The notes under the pieces: generated by a model
Databases searched by the model: none
Seen by the model: only the letters and a program-made list of their open reading frames with translations
What the model was told of the DNA's origin: nothing
Made by a program: the position numbers and the translations under genes
Shown here: positions 11,335 through 21,037 of the stretch, one piece after another
How positions within the stretch are numbered: position 1 is the stretch's first letter
Layout of the letters: each line of letters opens with the position of its first letter
Assembly: GCA_965222615.1 (NCBI GenBank)
Contig: CBDCUI010000009.1
Location: 416,001-480,000 of the forward strand
Source of the DNA: Gammaproteobacteria bacterium
Lineage (GTDB): Bacteria > Pseudomonadota > Gammaproteobacteria > UBA4575
Length of the DNA: 64,000 nt
Reading direction: 5' to 3'

Positions 11335-12384
11335 CTAAGCCTCATCATCTTCGGCTAAAAGGAAGTTATCGAGCTTTTTGACCAGCGCATCCGCTGTGAT
11401 GCTAGGAAATACATAGGCCCAACCTGCTATTTTTGAAGTGGCTTTTTTAGCGAGCTCTTCTGCATTATTTTTATTACTCAATTTACTTTCATCGACATTT
11501 TCGGCATTAAACTCGATGTTAAGCTTTGAATACATTTGTTCTTCAATTGAATAAGTATCCGCTGTAATGGTTAAACCGTCATAGGTTAAAAACGTTGTTT
11601 TGATGGGCTGCACCGCTTCGATGTTTAAATTATCGAGCAACGCAACATCGATGAGTTGCAGTGAAGATAAAGCATTTGCTACTTGATAGACCTCTGATTC
11701 GGATATTTTCCTACCTTCGGGTATAGAGTTTTGTAGTACAAATTCAAATTCTTCTGTGCCTTCATTTTTAATATTTATAATATTCCCATCGCCATGATCG
11801 ATTTGAATTGATTTTATTCGTTCTGGTGTAATATCTAAGATGTCCTTTTTCAGCCAGCGTGTAGCATCTTGCTTTAAATCTAGATTTTGGTTAATCAGCC
11901 AGCTTTGCTCTTCACCGACACGCCGCATGTATTGTGTATTGTTGCCTACACTTCCCTTGTTACCAGCAATGATGTTGATGGTTTCACTTAAACCTTCAAT
12001 TGCCAGCATTACTCCTTGTGCATCGGTCTTTTCGATATCTTGCACACCCAACTTACTATAATTTTCAGGATTCGATGTTTTCGCTTCGACTAGTTTTGCC
12101 TCTGCAAGCTTGTTAAATACTGAACGCACAAAACCTATATCTGCCGTATATCCGTCCTTATTTTCAACAACCCAGGTGTTTTCAGCTTTACTGACTGTAG
12201 TTAATTCTTCATTTCCAGCCTTATGTATTGTCAATTTAGTTACGTCATTCAGTTTTTCAGATAAGTTTGGAATTAAATACGAATTCGCGTCTGCTAAACC
12301 GCCATCTGGTTTAGAACCAATATAATATAAGACACCACCAAGAATAATTGCTGCAATTAAAATGAATAATGATGTTAGTTTCAT
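11335..12384 (-). CDS. DUF4340-like protein, accessory to a Gld-like ABC system
   Basis: N-terminal TM anchor, TSNPENYSKLGV motif, last gene of a gldA-F-G-like operon. Confidence 0.75.
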   Translation of the reverse strand: MKLTSLFILIAAIILGGVLYYIGSKPDGGLADANSYLIPNLSEKLNDVTKLTIHKAGNEELTTVSKAENTWVVENKDGYTADIGFVRSVFNKLAEAKLVEAKTSNPENYSKLGVQDIEKTDAQGVMLAIEGLSETINIIAGNKGSVGNNTQYMRRVGEEQSWLINQNLDLKQDATRWLKKDILDITPERIKSIQIDHGDGNIINIKNEGTEEFEFVLQNSIPEGRKISESEVYQVANALSSLQLIDVALLDNLNIEAVQPIKTTFLTYDGLTITADTYSIEEQMYSKLNIEFNAENVDESKLSNKNNAEELAKKATSKIAGWAYVFPSITADALVKKLDNFLLAEDDEA

Positions 12385-14321
12385 AATCCTAATGCGCGCT
12401 TTCTTCTCCGACTACGAACGATTGATAGAACCAAGGCCAATATTGAAATTATGATTGGTACTAAACCGATATTAATAAATTTAAGCTTAGTTCCAAGTTT
12501 TTCTATATCGAGATTCAGATTATGCCTAACTTGCCTTAGTTGTTTACGAACATTAAGTTTCTCTTGCTGAAACTTTTGTATTTCTGCCTCTTGTTCTGGA
12601 GATAACATTAAGGCATTACTATCTTCGCGTTGCTTTTGTAGCTCTACTAATTTTTGTTCGGTTTCGCTAAGTTTTGCCTGTAAGGATTCTTCTGTTGCAC
12701 GAAACTTTTGGTCTGCGTCTAAACGCAATTCATTGACTCGTTCAAATGGACGCGTAGAAGTCTCGCGTCCGCGTATGCTGATTAAGTCAGAGTTGCCTGT
12801 GAAATTATCGACTGTGTTAATGACAAGATCACCATTGTTCGCCCAAGCATTAATTAATTGCTGGCCCAAAAATTCCTGTACTTGCACCCACATGCGATCA
12901 CTTAAAATATCGGTGTCAGCCACGATAAATAAATTGGCATCTTCTTGGCTAGACGCTAAATGCTCTGAAGTTGGTTGATCTTCTTCATCCGTGGTTGCTG
13001 GTCTACCATTCGGAAATGCAGTATTAAGCTTTCCTTGTACACGCCCGATGAAAGTATATTTTTCACCGCTTGGATTAAAATTAGTCGTCAATTGGCTTAA
13101 ATCAGGTAAAAACCGAAAGCGCACTGCTTCCACCAATGCAGCATCATCGCTTGAACTTACAATAGGTGTTAATTTTACGTTTGCATTTTCTTTGACTTTT
13201 ATGTGGCCACCGACACCTACACTAATCACTTCTAATTCAGACGAAATAACGTCTTCGTTATCCAGATTCTCTTTAGTTATTGCTAACAAACCATAATGTC
13301 GGTTTTGGCCCTGATGCGCTCCGCCGACTGTAAGGGCATATTTGCGGTCTAATACAACCGAGGTAGGGTCGTACTCAATTCTCCAAGCATTAAATAATTC
13401 TTTTAAATCTGAACTACGACCACCTTCAACTTCCAATGGTGAGTTTTGCTGGCGAACCGGAGTATCAATTTCAGAATGTGGATCGACAAAGAACAATGCC
13501 TTGCCGCCACGCATTACGAATTGGTCTATCGCATAAATAGTGGGCTGAGAAAGTTCTTTAGGATGCACCACCATTAAAATATCTACGTCTTCTTCAATTT
13601 CCTTAGTGGTCACATCTAGTTGTTTTAGCTCAAACAACTGACGCATTTGCGCAATAATGGCCCATGCCTTGGTCATTTGTGTGGTCTGAATATCAAAACC
13701 ACCAAACATGGGCAGTTGAGTGATAATCCCCACTACTGTTTTTTTAGTATTAGTAAGGTTATATATTAGTTTTGAGACATCATATTCCAAAAACTGTTCT
13801 CGCTGTGGTTGGAAGAAAACAATTTTTTCTGTATCTCCGACAGCATTACTTGCGGCCAAACCAAAATATATATTCTCACCGGTAGCACCAAGAGGCACAC
13901 CTTGTAAACCGTATGCTGAAGCTTGATCCTCTTCTTCTGAGTATGGCAACGGATCAACAACATTTAGCACAATATTACCATTCGATAATTGCGCATACTC
14001 CTGTAAAAGTTCCTTGACTCGTTCTGCATAAGTACGCAACTTCGGTATATCTTCACTAGCCTTATCAGAATAAAATAAATACAACGTAATAGGTTCCTCA
14101 ATGCTTTTAACGATATTACGAGTGCCTTCAGTAAGGGTATAAAGCCCATTATCGGTTAAATCTACACGCATTGAGGTGAATAATTTGCTACTCGCCATAT
14201 TGATGACTAGAAACAGCACGGCAAGCACAACTAAACCAACTAGAGTAATTGAGGTAGATTTTTGCATAACTGTTAATCCGCCTTCTTCATTTCCACCACT
14301 AAGGCATTTGCGTATAACCAA
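12381..14321 (-). CDS. GldG-family ABC transporter auxiliary component (likely start 14267)
   Basis: RVDLT...YTLTEGT, LEYDVSK, IDQFVMRGGK motifs; C-terminal coiled coil and TM segment. Confidence 0.85.
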   Translation of the reverse strand: MVIRKCLSGGNEEGGLTVMQKSTSITLVGLVVLAVLFLVINMASSKLFTSMRVDLTDNGLYTLTEGTRNIVKSIEEPITLYLFYSDKASEDIPKLRTYAERVKELLQEYAQLSNGNIVLNVVDPLPYSEEEDQASAYGLQGVPLGATGENIYFGLAASNAVGDTEKIVFFQPQREQFLEYDVSKLIYNLTNTKKTVVGIITQLPMFGGFDIQTTQMTKAWAIIAQMRQLFELKQLDVTTKEIEEDVDILMVVHPKELSQPTIYAIDQFVMRGGKALFFVDPHSEIDTPVRQQNSPLEVEGGRSSDLKELFNAWRIEYDPTSVVLDRKYALTVGGAHQGQNRHYGLLAITKENLDNEDVISSELEVISVGVGGHIKVKENANVKLTPIVSSSDDAALVEAVRFRFLPDLSQLTTNFNPSGEKYTFIGRVQGKLNTAFPNGRPATTDEEDQPTSEHLASSQEDANLFIVADTDILSDRMWVQVQEFLGQQLINAWANNGDLVINTVDNFTGNSDLISIRGRETSTRPFERVNELRLDADQKFRATEESLQAKLSETEQKLVELQKQREDSNALMLSPEQEAEIQKFQQEKLNVRKQLRQVRHNLNLDIEKLGTKLKFINIGLVPIIISILALVLSIVRSRRRKRALGL

Positions 14322-15007
14322 AAACCAATGAGTGTTACAAAATAAATAATGTCGCGCAGGTCGATTACACCTTTTGCGATTGAAGTGTAATGCGTTAAGA
14401 AACTTAGAGAAGATATCGCATCAACAATATTTTGTGGAATCCAGACCTTGAAAAAATTCAACACCAAGGGCGAACCGGCTAACAAGAAAATAAAACAAAT
14501 CACTACCGTAATAATAAATGCGATCACTTGGTTTTTAGTCATGGCCGAGATGCAAGCCCCAATCGCTAAGAAACCACCTGCCATTAAAAAACTACCGAGA
14601 TAGGCAGCGAAAATAACTCCATTATCGGGTTTGCCTAAATAATTCACGGTTATCCAAATTGGAAAAGTCAACAATAACGCGATACCAATAAATACCCAGG
14701 CCGCTAAATATTTACCAATTACTGACTGGGTCACAGATACAGGTAAAGTCATCAATAACTCTATGCTGCCCGACTTGCGTTCTTCAGCCCATAAACGCAT
14801 TGCAATGGCAGGCACCAAAAATAGATATAACCATGGATGAAAATCAAAGAACGGAATTAAATCGGCCTGCCCTCTTTCATAAAGATTGCCAAGATAGAAA
14901 GTTAATGCGCCACTCATAATTAAAAAAATCACAATAAATACATAAGCAACAGGTGTTGCGAAATAACTGCTTAATTCACGCTTAAAAATTGTAATAACGT
15001 TTTTCAT
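14273..15007 (-). CDS. ABC-2 permease (GldF-like)
   Basis: IFKRELSSYF.TP.AY and MRLWAEERKSG.IELL.TLP motifs. Confidence 0.9.
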   Translation of the reverse strand: MKNVITIFKRELSSYFATPVAYVFIVIFLIMSGALTFYLGNLYERGQADLIPFFDFHPWLYLFLVPAIAMRLWAEERKSGSIELLMTLPVSVTQSVIGKYLAAWVFIGIALLLTFPIWITVNYLGKPDNGVIFAAYLGSFLMAGGFLAIGACISAMTKNQVIAFIITVVICFIFLLAGSPLVLNFFKVWIPQNIVDAISSLSFLTHYTSIAKGVIDLRDIIYFVTLIGFWLYANALVVEMKKAD

Positions 15008-15726
15008 GACAACTTTTCTTGAGTAATTTCTCGAAAAATTTCTTCTAATTTATTACTAGACGAGTTTTCTCTTAAACCATTGGGTGTATCGTCAGCGAGT
15101 ATTTTTCCATCAGCGATGATAATGGCGCGAGTACATATTGCATCAACCTCTGAAAGTATATGCGTTGAGATAACAATAACTTTTTCCGGAGCAATGCTCT
15201 TAATTAATTCTCTTACTTCATGTTTTTGGTTTGGGTCCAAACCATCAGTGGGCTCGTCTAATATCAATACTTCTGGGTCATGTAAAATCGCTTGTGCCAA
15301 GCCTACCCTTCTTTTGAAACCTTTTGATAGGGTCTCGATAGATTGGTTGAGGACTTTATCCAAATGTAAACGTTCGATTACTTCTTTTTTGCGATCTGTT
15401 TTTTTCTGTCCTGTAAGTCCACGCACCTCGGCAATAAATTCCAGGTACTGCAACGGCGTCATTTCACCATAGCTTGGTGCGCCTTCTGGTAGGTAACCAA
15501 TGCGCTTTTTAACGTCAATGGGCTTGTCATTTACATTGAAGCCACACACTTCGATGTCCCCGGAGCTAGGCGTGAGAAATCCAGTGATCATCTTCATGGT
15601 TGTGGACTTGCCGGCACCGTTTGGACCTAAAAACCCAAGCACTTCTCCAGGGTTGACGGAGAAGGATATATCTTCGACAGCGACTAAGTGCCCGAATTTT
15701 TTACTTAAGTGATCAATTTTTATCAT
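15004..15726 (-). CDS. ABC transporter ATP-binding protein (GldA-like)
   Basis: GPNGAGKST Walker A, LSKG signature, ILDEPTDGLDP Walker B. Confidence 0.93.
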   Translation of the reverse strand: MIKIDHLSKKFGHLVAVEDISFSVNPGEVLGFLGPNGAGKSTTMKMITGFLTPSSGDIEVCGFNVNDKPIDVKKRIGYLPEGAPSYGEMTPLQYLEFIAEVRGLTGQKKTDRKKEVIERLHLDKVLNQSIETLSKGFKRRVGLAQAILHDPEVLILDEPTDGLDPNQKHEVRELIKSIAPEKVIVISTHILSEVDAICTRAIIIADGKILADDTPNGLRENSSSNKLEEIFREITQEKLS

Positions 15727-15857
15727 GTCTTACACTGCTTTCAGTGTAGAGGAGGTATTCCACCTCGTTGTCGGCGGCGAAATGGTACTAAACTTTTAGT
15801 AATTTTCAAGCACCTAAAGCGGCCACACTATACGCGATTATCTGCTAAAAACCGAAC

Positions 15858-16523
15858 TTGAGTCCTTCAGCAGCTGCTTATTGGGCTGTATTCAAGCAAT
15901 TTAGTTCCTGGTCGCGATTTTTAATAAATGAGAACCTAAATCCAGTAGTCTATAATCCAAACCGACATGACTACCCAACCCTTAGGACTGCATTAGTGGG
16001 GATTTCAACCGACAATTTTTTTAAAAATTTTATTCTTGGTGTCACCAATGAATGTATCAAAGTAGACAGTCGCTCGCATAATCGTGATGCGGTTACTAAA
16101 TTATTACACTCTGCACGTGATGATGTCGTTATTGTCAGTCGTTACTTAGACCCTACCATTTACAATAACGAAGAAATTTCAAGTGCTGCCTTGCAGCATG
16201 TAAAACATTCTAAACATAACAGTATAAGAATACTTGTGCATGATACGGCCCCCATGGTTAAAAATGGCCATCGTTTGCTCGACTTGAGTCAACGCGTTTC
16301 ATCAAAAATAGAAGTCCGCACTATCTGTGATGACTACTCACAATTTAATCAAAGTTTCTTAGTGGCCGATACTATTGGCTATATACATAACCTTAAGTCC
16401 GATCTTTATGAAGCAGAAGTAAACTTTAATGATAAAGACAGGTCAAAGGAACTGATGGAAAACTTTAAAGAAATATGGGAATCCAGTACCCAAGACACAG
16501 CCATACGAAGATTATGCATCTAA
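15858..16523 (+). CDS. Conserved hypothetical protein (DUF7931-like); true start probably downstream, near 15997
   Basis: IRILVHD...GHRLLDLSQRVSSKIEVR and FLVAD..GY motifs recalled from a conserved gammaproteobacterial family. Confidence 0.6.
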   Translation: MSPSAAAYWAVFKQFSSWSRFLINENLNPVVYNPNRHDYPTLRTALVGISTDNFFKNFILGVTNECIKVDSRSHNRDAVTKLLHSARDDVVIVSRYLDPTIYNNEEISSAALQHVKHSKHNSIRILVHDTAPMVKNGHRLLDLSQRVSSKIEVRTICDDYSQFNQSFLVADTIGYIHNLKSDLYEAEVNFNDKDRSKELMENFKEIWESSTQDTAIRRLCI

Positions 16524-17365
16524 AACATACACGTTACATTATTGTTTTTTTGATTTGCTTAGTGATACCTATCACTGTAAGTGCAGATCAAAATGATCCG
16601 CTTGAAATCATTCAGTTAAAAAATCGGCCTGCCGAAGAAATGATCCCAATCATTAAGCCTATGCTGAAACCAAATGACGCCATCACGGGGTCTGGTTTTC
16701 AACTGTTTTTGCGTACCGATGCAAAAACTTTAGCAGAAATCACTCGACTTCTAAATGTAATGGACAAAGCACCACGAAATTTAATTATTTCGGTGCGAAA
16801 CAATGTTGATATAGGCTCTGAATTAACTGATTTTAATGTTTCTGGTAACTATGAAATTGGTGGCGATACTCGCGTTATCGTGGGTAACAGGCCACCACGG
16901 GAAGAAGGAACACGTGTACGAATAAACAAAAATGAACGTGAGCAAGAAAATGATGCTGAGCATATGGTGCGTGTGATTGAAGGTGGTAAGGCATTTATCA
17001 CCGCCGGCGAAATTCGACCCTACGAACACCGGACTATCATCCGTCATCGTCATGGTGTTTCTGTCTACGATAACGTGGATTATCAAGACATCACTAGCGG
17101 TTTCTATGTCACACCACGTTTAACTGGCAGCGGCGAGGTCTCTTTACATATACAACCACATTATCGCAGCGTTAGTGATGAACATCGTGGCACTATAGAT
17201 GTACAAGAAGCCGATACGATGGTCACGGCTAAATTAGGTCAATGGGTTCAAATTGGTGGTGTAGACACTGAAGCCAAATCAAAAGACAAAGGCATTTTAA
17301 GCACCTCGCGTTCTGAATCAGACAGAACTAGTGCCATCTATGTCAAAGTTGATGTAGAAAAATAA
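16475..17365 (+). CDS. Secretin N-terminal domain / NolW-like exported protein (likely start 16514)
   Basis: Signal peptide; LEIIQLKNRPAEE.IP.IKP, GFYVTPRL.G and LGQWVQIGG motifs. Confidence 0.75.
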   Translation: MGIQYPRHSHTKIMHLKHTRYIIVFLICLVIPITVSADQNDPLEIIQLKNRPAEEMIPIIKPMLKPNDAITGSGFQLFLRTDAKTLAEITRLLNVMDKAPRNLIISVRNNVDIGSELTDFNVSGNYEIGGDTRVIVGNRPPREEGTRVRINKNEREQENDAEHMVRVIEGGKAFITAGEIRPYEHRTIIRHRHGVSVYDNVDYQDITSGFYVTPRLTGSGEVSLHIQPHYRSVSDEHRGTIDVQEADTMVTAKLGQWVQIGGVDTEAKSKDKGILSTSRSESDRTSAIYVKVDVEK

Positions 17366-17424
17366 TTATATTTAGACCTTGCTAATCGCTTTCGTTTATA
17401 AGTCGAATATTTAACCTAGAGAAT

Positions 17425-17454
17425 AAAAAAAGCCCGATATTACATCGGGCTTTT
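17425..17454. terminator. Bidirectional intrinsic terminator
   Basis: A7-GCCCGAT-ATTAC-ATCGGGC-T4 between convergent genes. Confidence 0.85.
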
Positions 17455-17489
17455 AAAAATTACCTTAGACCAGGTGTTTTACAAATTTG

Positions 17490-17720
17490 TTAATTAGGAT
17501 TACCCGGATGATTAGGATTACCTGTCAAGCTATTTTCTGCATTATTATTTGGTAATGAATTTCCAGGTGCGCATTGATCACCGTTACCAAAACCATTATT
17601 ACATGACCTTCCCATTGCTTGAACATCAGCACCCTTTAAAATTAACAGTGCAGGCGGTGTGTACACAGCAAACTTCCCTGTAGTCTTTAAAAACTTACGC
17701 CTCGATTCGCTCTTTTTCAT
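17490..17720 (-). CDS. Small twin-arginine-leader, Asn/Gly-rich peptide (putative secreted peptide or RiPP precursor)
   Basis: SRRKFLK motif, GGAGG RBS 7 nt upstream of ATG, own terminator. Confidence 0.7.
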   Translation of the reverse strand: MKKSESRRKFLKTTGKFAVYTPPALLILKGADVQAMGRSCNNGFGNGDQCAPGNSLPNNNAENSLTGNPNHPGNPN

Positions 17721-18295
17721 AATTGTCCTCCAAATTTATTAACCCAACTCCCTTACTAATCCTACTCTAAAAAAAACGGAATATACTACATATAGACTAA
17801 ATTTCATAGCATAAACAATAGTAGGTTTCAACAATCTTTTAAGTTATTCATAAAATGTGGCTGTAACGTACTAAATTTATGATGATTTAATGATACAGTT
17901 GATAGAACGGTCGTCAGCAACTCTCAATAAAAATAAGTTAGAAAGCCTACTTATAAGAAGTATTTCCTAGCATCTTACTTAATGTAGTTTGTTCTATCTT
18001 TTAATACTTATAAGGAAAAAGCTATCAATATGAGCACAAGTCCTGTGATACTTAATTGAATACCCAAAATTCGTAACTGTTGAATTGTCATTATTATTAT
18101 CCTAGTTATGTAGTGATTGGTTTTAGGTAGTAATTATTGACATAGCAGGCATAATTTCTGCTAACGGGTTCACATTTAAAAAAACTTAAATAATTTTAAT
18201 TAGTTATTTGATCAAGAATTGATCAATATACTTCACCCAAGGCTTAGAATTAATACTAAGTTCTTGTTTCCACACGTAGTTTACTGTCAGCCAAT

Positions 18296-18892
18296 TTACT
18301 TATTAGCCCATTTCTTCACTAATTCATCTTTTAGGTCTTTAAATCCATAAAGTGCGATCATTGGAATTGCTGAGCGAATGATTCCATCTTGAAGCATTTC
18401 TATGGCTAGTTGAGATGAAACTACTTTGACCCGAATATCTTCACCTTCATGATCTTCACCGTGCACACCACCTAAATCGGTTGTATCCGTCTTGCCAATA
18501 TAGACATGTGCCAATTCCGCAAAACCGCCAGGGGATGGAAAAAATGAGGATACATAGTGTAGTTCTTCTATTTCACAATTAGCTTCTTCAATGGATTCTC
18601 GATAAGCAACTTCTTCTAGGCTTTCGCCTTCTTCGACTAAACCTGCCACCACTTCAACCAGCCATGGACTACCAGTTTGATCCAGCGGCCCTACTCGAAA
18701 TTGTTCGATTAATACGACTTCGTCGCGCCTTGGGTCATATGGCAAAACGGCAACTGCGTTTTGTCGAGATACCCGTTCACGTACTAGATCTTCACTGTAG
18801 CCTCCAGCAAACAGCTCATGCTGCACGATTAATTGATCGACTTTAAAGTGCCCATCATATTTACGTGTCCGTTGTTTTATTTTCCAATCCAT
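18296..18892 (-). CDS. nudF: ADP-ribose pyrophosphatase
   Basis: AVAVLPYDP.RDEVVLIEQFR, Nudix box GLVEEGESLEEVAYRESIEEA, EGEDIRV. Confidence 0.9.
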   Translation of the reverse strand: MDWKIKQRTRKYDGHFKVDQLIVQHELFAGGYSEDLVRERVSRQNAVAVLPYDPRRDEVVLIEQFRVGPLDQTGSPWLVEVVAGLVEEGESLEEVAYRESIEEANCEIEELHYVSSFFPSPGGFAELAHVYIGKTDTTDLGGVHGEDHEGEDIRVKVVSSQLAIEMLQDGIIRSAIPMIALYGFKDLKDELVKKWANK

Positions 18893-18906
18893 TTTTGTGT
18901 CACAGT

Positions 18907-19632
18907 TTATAAAGTATTTAGTAAGGCTTCATAATCTTCTTGGGTATCCACACCTATTCCAGTTGGTGATTTGCATACATCTACATAAATAGCATTTCCG
19001 TTTTCTAGGGCACGCATTTGTTCTAATGATTCTTTTTTTTCTAGCTTAGATTGCGGCAGCTGAGTAAACAGATTTAAAAACTCGACGCTATAGCCATAAA
19101 CACCTAAATGACGATAAATTTCATTGCGCTTATAAAACTCTTCGCCGAATGATTTTACATCTCTGCTGAAACTAATCGCATGATTATTGCTATCACGGAT
19201 TACTTTAACGACATTAGTATTTTCATATTCATCTTCATGAACCGGTGCACATAGCGTAGACATCGATACATTTTTATGTGCAATTAAGTTTTCTGCAACT
19301 TGTTTTATATTTTCAGCAGGCATCATGGGTTCATCACCCTGCACATTTACAATTACAACATCATTAGGCCATGAATGCTTTTGTGCGACTTCGGCAATTC
19401 GATCTGTGCCAGATTGATGTTTATCTGAAGTTAAACAAACCTCTGCATTAAACCCTTGTGCACATTCCAAAATTCGTTGGTCATCAGTGGCAATTATGAC
19501 TTGAACAGCGCCACTGTTTACGGAGTTTTCATAAACATATTGAATAATGGGTTTGCCATTGACTTGTAACAATGCTTTACCAGGCAAGCGCACGGAGGCA
19601 TAGCGGGTGGGGATGACTACCTTAAATTTCAC
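18907..19632 (-). CDS. kdsB: CMP-Kdo synthetase
   Basis: RYASVRLPGK, SGTDRIAE, VNVQGDEP and ESLEQMRALE motifs. Confidence 0.96.
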   Translation of the reverse strand: MKFKVVIPTRYASVRLPGKALLQVNGKPIIQYVYENSVNSGAVQVIIATDDQRILECAQGFNAEVCLTSDKHQSGTDRIAEVAQKHSWPNDVVIVNVQGDEPMMPAENIKQVAENLIAHKNVSMSTLCAPVHEDEYENTNVVKVIRDSNNHAISFSRDVKSFGEEFYKRNEIYRHLGVYGYSVEFLNLFTQLPQSKLEKKESLEQMRALENGNAIYVDVCKSPTGIGVDTQEDYEALLNTL

Positions 19633-19633
19633 A

Positions 19634-19791
19634 AGAACCTATCTCAAAATGCATCTAGCACGCTGATACGGCGTTGCAAAGCTGTCTTCGGTGCTCATTT
19701 ACCCTCTTAGATTTCACAAGGGTAAACTCCGCTCCTCAGAAAACTTTGCGCCTTGTCTGAGCGTTCTATCTACTACTTTGAAATAGGTTCT
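19634..19791 (-). repeat. Palindromic MITE-like repeat, copy F
   Basis: AGAACCTATCTCAAA...TTTGAAATAGGTTCT terminal inverted repeat; core GAGCGGAGTTTACCC...GGGTAAATGAGCAC on the minus strand. Confidence 0.8.
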
Positions 19792-19837
19792 ATTGAACCT
19801 AGTTCTTAAAATACAATAAACAAACACCGTATAGAAT

Positions 19838-20032
19838 TCACATTGCTTTGTATTTATCATATTCTTCTTCGCTAATTGGTCTGGCTTCGTCTTCAAGCAT
19901 TACTGGTATCCCATCGCGTATGGGATAGGCAAGGCGCGCTGAAGTAGAAATTAATTCTTGCTGTTCTTTATCATATTTCAATGGGCCTTTAGTAACGGGG
20001 CAAACCAAAATATCGAGTAATTGTTTATCCAT
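19838..20032 (-). CDS. ycaR: Trm112-like protein (UPF0434/YcaR)
   Basis: [18 protein letters not shown]...[12 protein letters not shown]; lies between lpxK and kdsB. Confidence 0.92.
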   Translation of the reverse strand: MDKQLLDILVCPVTKGPLKYDKEQQELISTSARLAYPIRDGIPVMLEDEARPISEEEYDKYKAM

Positions 20033-21011
20033 GTGGAATTCCTTCAACTAATATTGAAATACGTTGCTCAAGTGCCTCACTTGGCAATAAGGATGCCGGG
20101 ACATACCAAATATCCTTGCTAGCAAACTTTTTACATTTTACGGCATCTTTCTCAGTCATGAGAATGGGATCACTTCTATTAAATTGCAAATCGCTCTCTT
20201 GAAATACATGGTGATCCGGAAATTTATGTTCAATGATATGGATACCTTCACTGCGCAGCATTTTAAAAAATCTTGTTGGATTGCCGATCCCTGCTACAGC
20301 ATGCACGGTGAAGTCCTTAAAATCTTCGATTGATTTACGCACGGTATCCGAAGCAAGTGAGACGACCTCACTCACAACCATATCGAATGCAAGTCCAATA
20401 GAGGCCATCGAACCATTGCTAATGACTAAATCACATGAATTTAAGCGTTTTTTCGGCTCACGTAACGGCCCAGCTGGTAGGCATCTACCATTACCAAATT
20501 TCCTTTCTGCATCGACTATCACAATTTCTACATCACGGGGTAAATTGTAATGTTGCAAACCATCATCCGATATCACTACATCGACCTGATGTTTTTCCAA
20601 TAAAGCATCGACTGCTTGCCTACGATCTCCTGAAACAATCACTGGGCACACTGTCTTAAGCGCCAATAACAAGGCCTCATCCCCAACTTCAGTGGCAATG
20701 CTGTCAGACTGCACTTCAATAAGCTGCTCATTGCTTTCTCGCTTATAACCTCGGGTCACGATACCGACTTGCAGGCCTTGCTCCTTACAGTATTTCGCTA
20801 ACCAAATTACAAACGGTGTTTTACCAGTCCCGCCCACAGTGATATTTCCAACAACAATAACAAATGCAGCTATAGGGTTTGCAGTAGAATTTTTGGAGCG
20901 ATAATAAGCCTTTCTTAAAGCAGCTGCTGCCCTAAAAATCCATGACGCTGGCAACAACATAGTAGACAGTACATTTTTTGAGTACCAAATGTTTTCGTGG
21001 TCAATGTTCAA
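20025..21011 (-). CDS. lpxK: Tetraacyldisaccharide 4'-kinase
   Basis: [20 protein letters not shown] and MTEKDAVKC motifs. Confidence 0.97.
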   Translation of the reverse strand: MNIDHENIWYSKNVLSTMLLPASWIFRAAAALRKAYYRSKNSTANPIAAFVIVVGNITVGGTGKTPFVIWLAKYCKEQGLQVGIVTRGYKRESNEQLIEVQSDSIATEVGDEALLLALKTVCPVIVSGDRRQAVDALLEKHQVDVVISDDGLQHYNLPRDVEIVIVDAERKFGNGRCLPAGPLREPKKRLNSCDLVISNGSMASIGLAFDMVVSEVVSLASDTVRKSIEDFKDFTVHAVAGIGNPTRFFKMLRSEGIHIIEHKFPDHHVFQESDLQFNRSDPILMTEKDAVKCKKFASKDIWYVPASLLPSEALEQRISILVEGIPHG

Positions 21012-21037
21012 ACTAGTTAACTATTTATTGCTAGCCA

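Noticed and set aside
11335-15726. Gld-like operon as evidence of gliding motility
   Set aside because: GldA/F/G-like ABC systems with DUF4340 are widespread in non-gliding proteobacteria; no other gliding genes are present.
18147-18162. Plus-strand GG-N10-GC (AGGCATAATTTCTGCT) as a sigma54 promoter
   Set aside because: Points at the 3' end of the convergent nudF with no evident transcript or terminator; also explained by a local TAGCAG/CTGCTA palindrome.
19714-19896. 60 aa minus-strand ORF
   Set aside because: Overlaps ycaR out of frame and runs into a palindromic repeat; no recognisable protein features.
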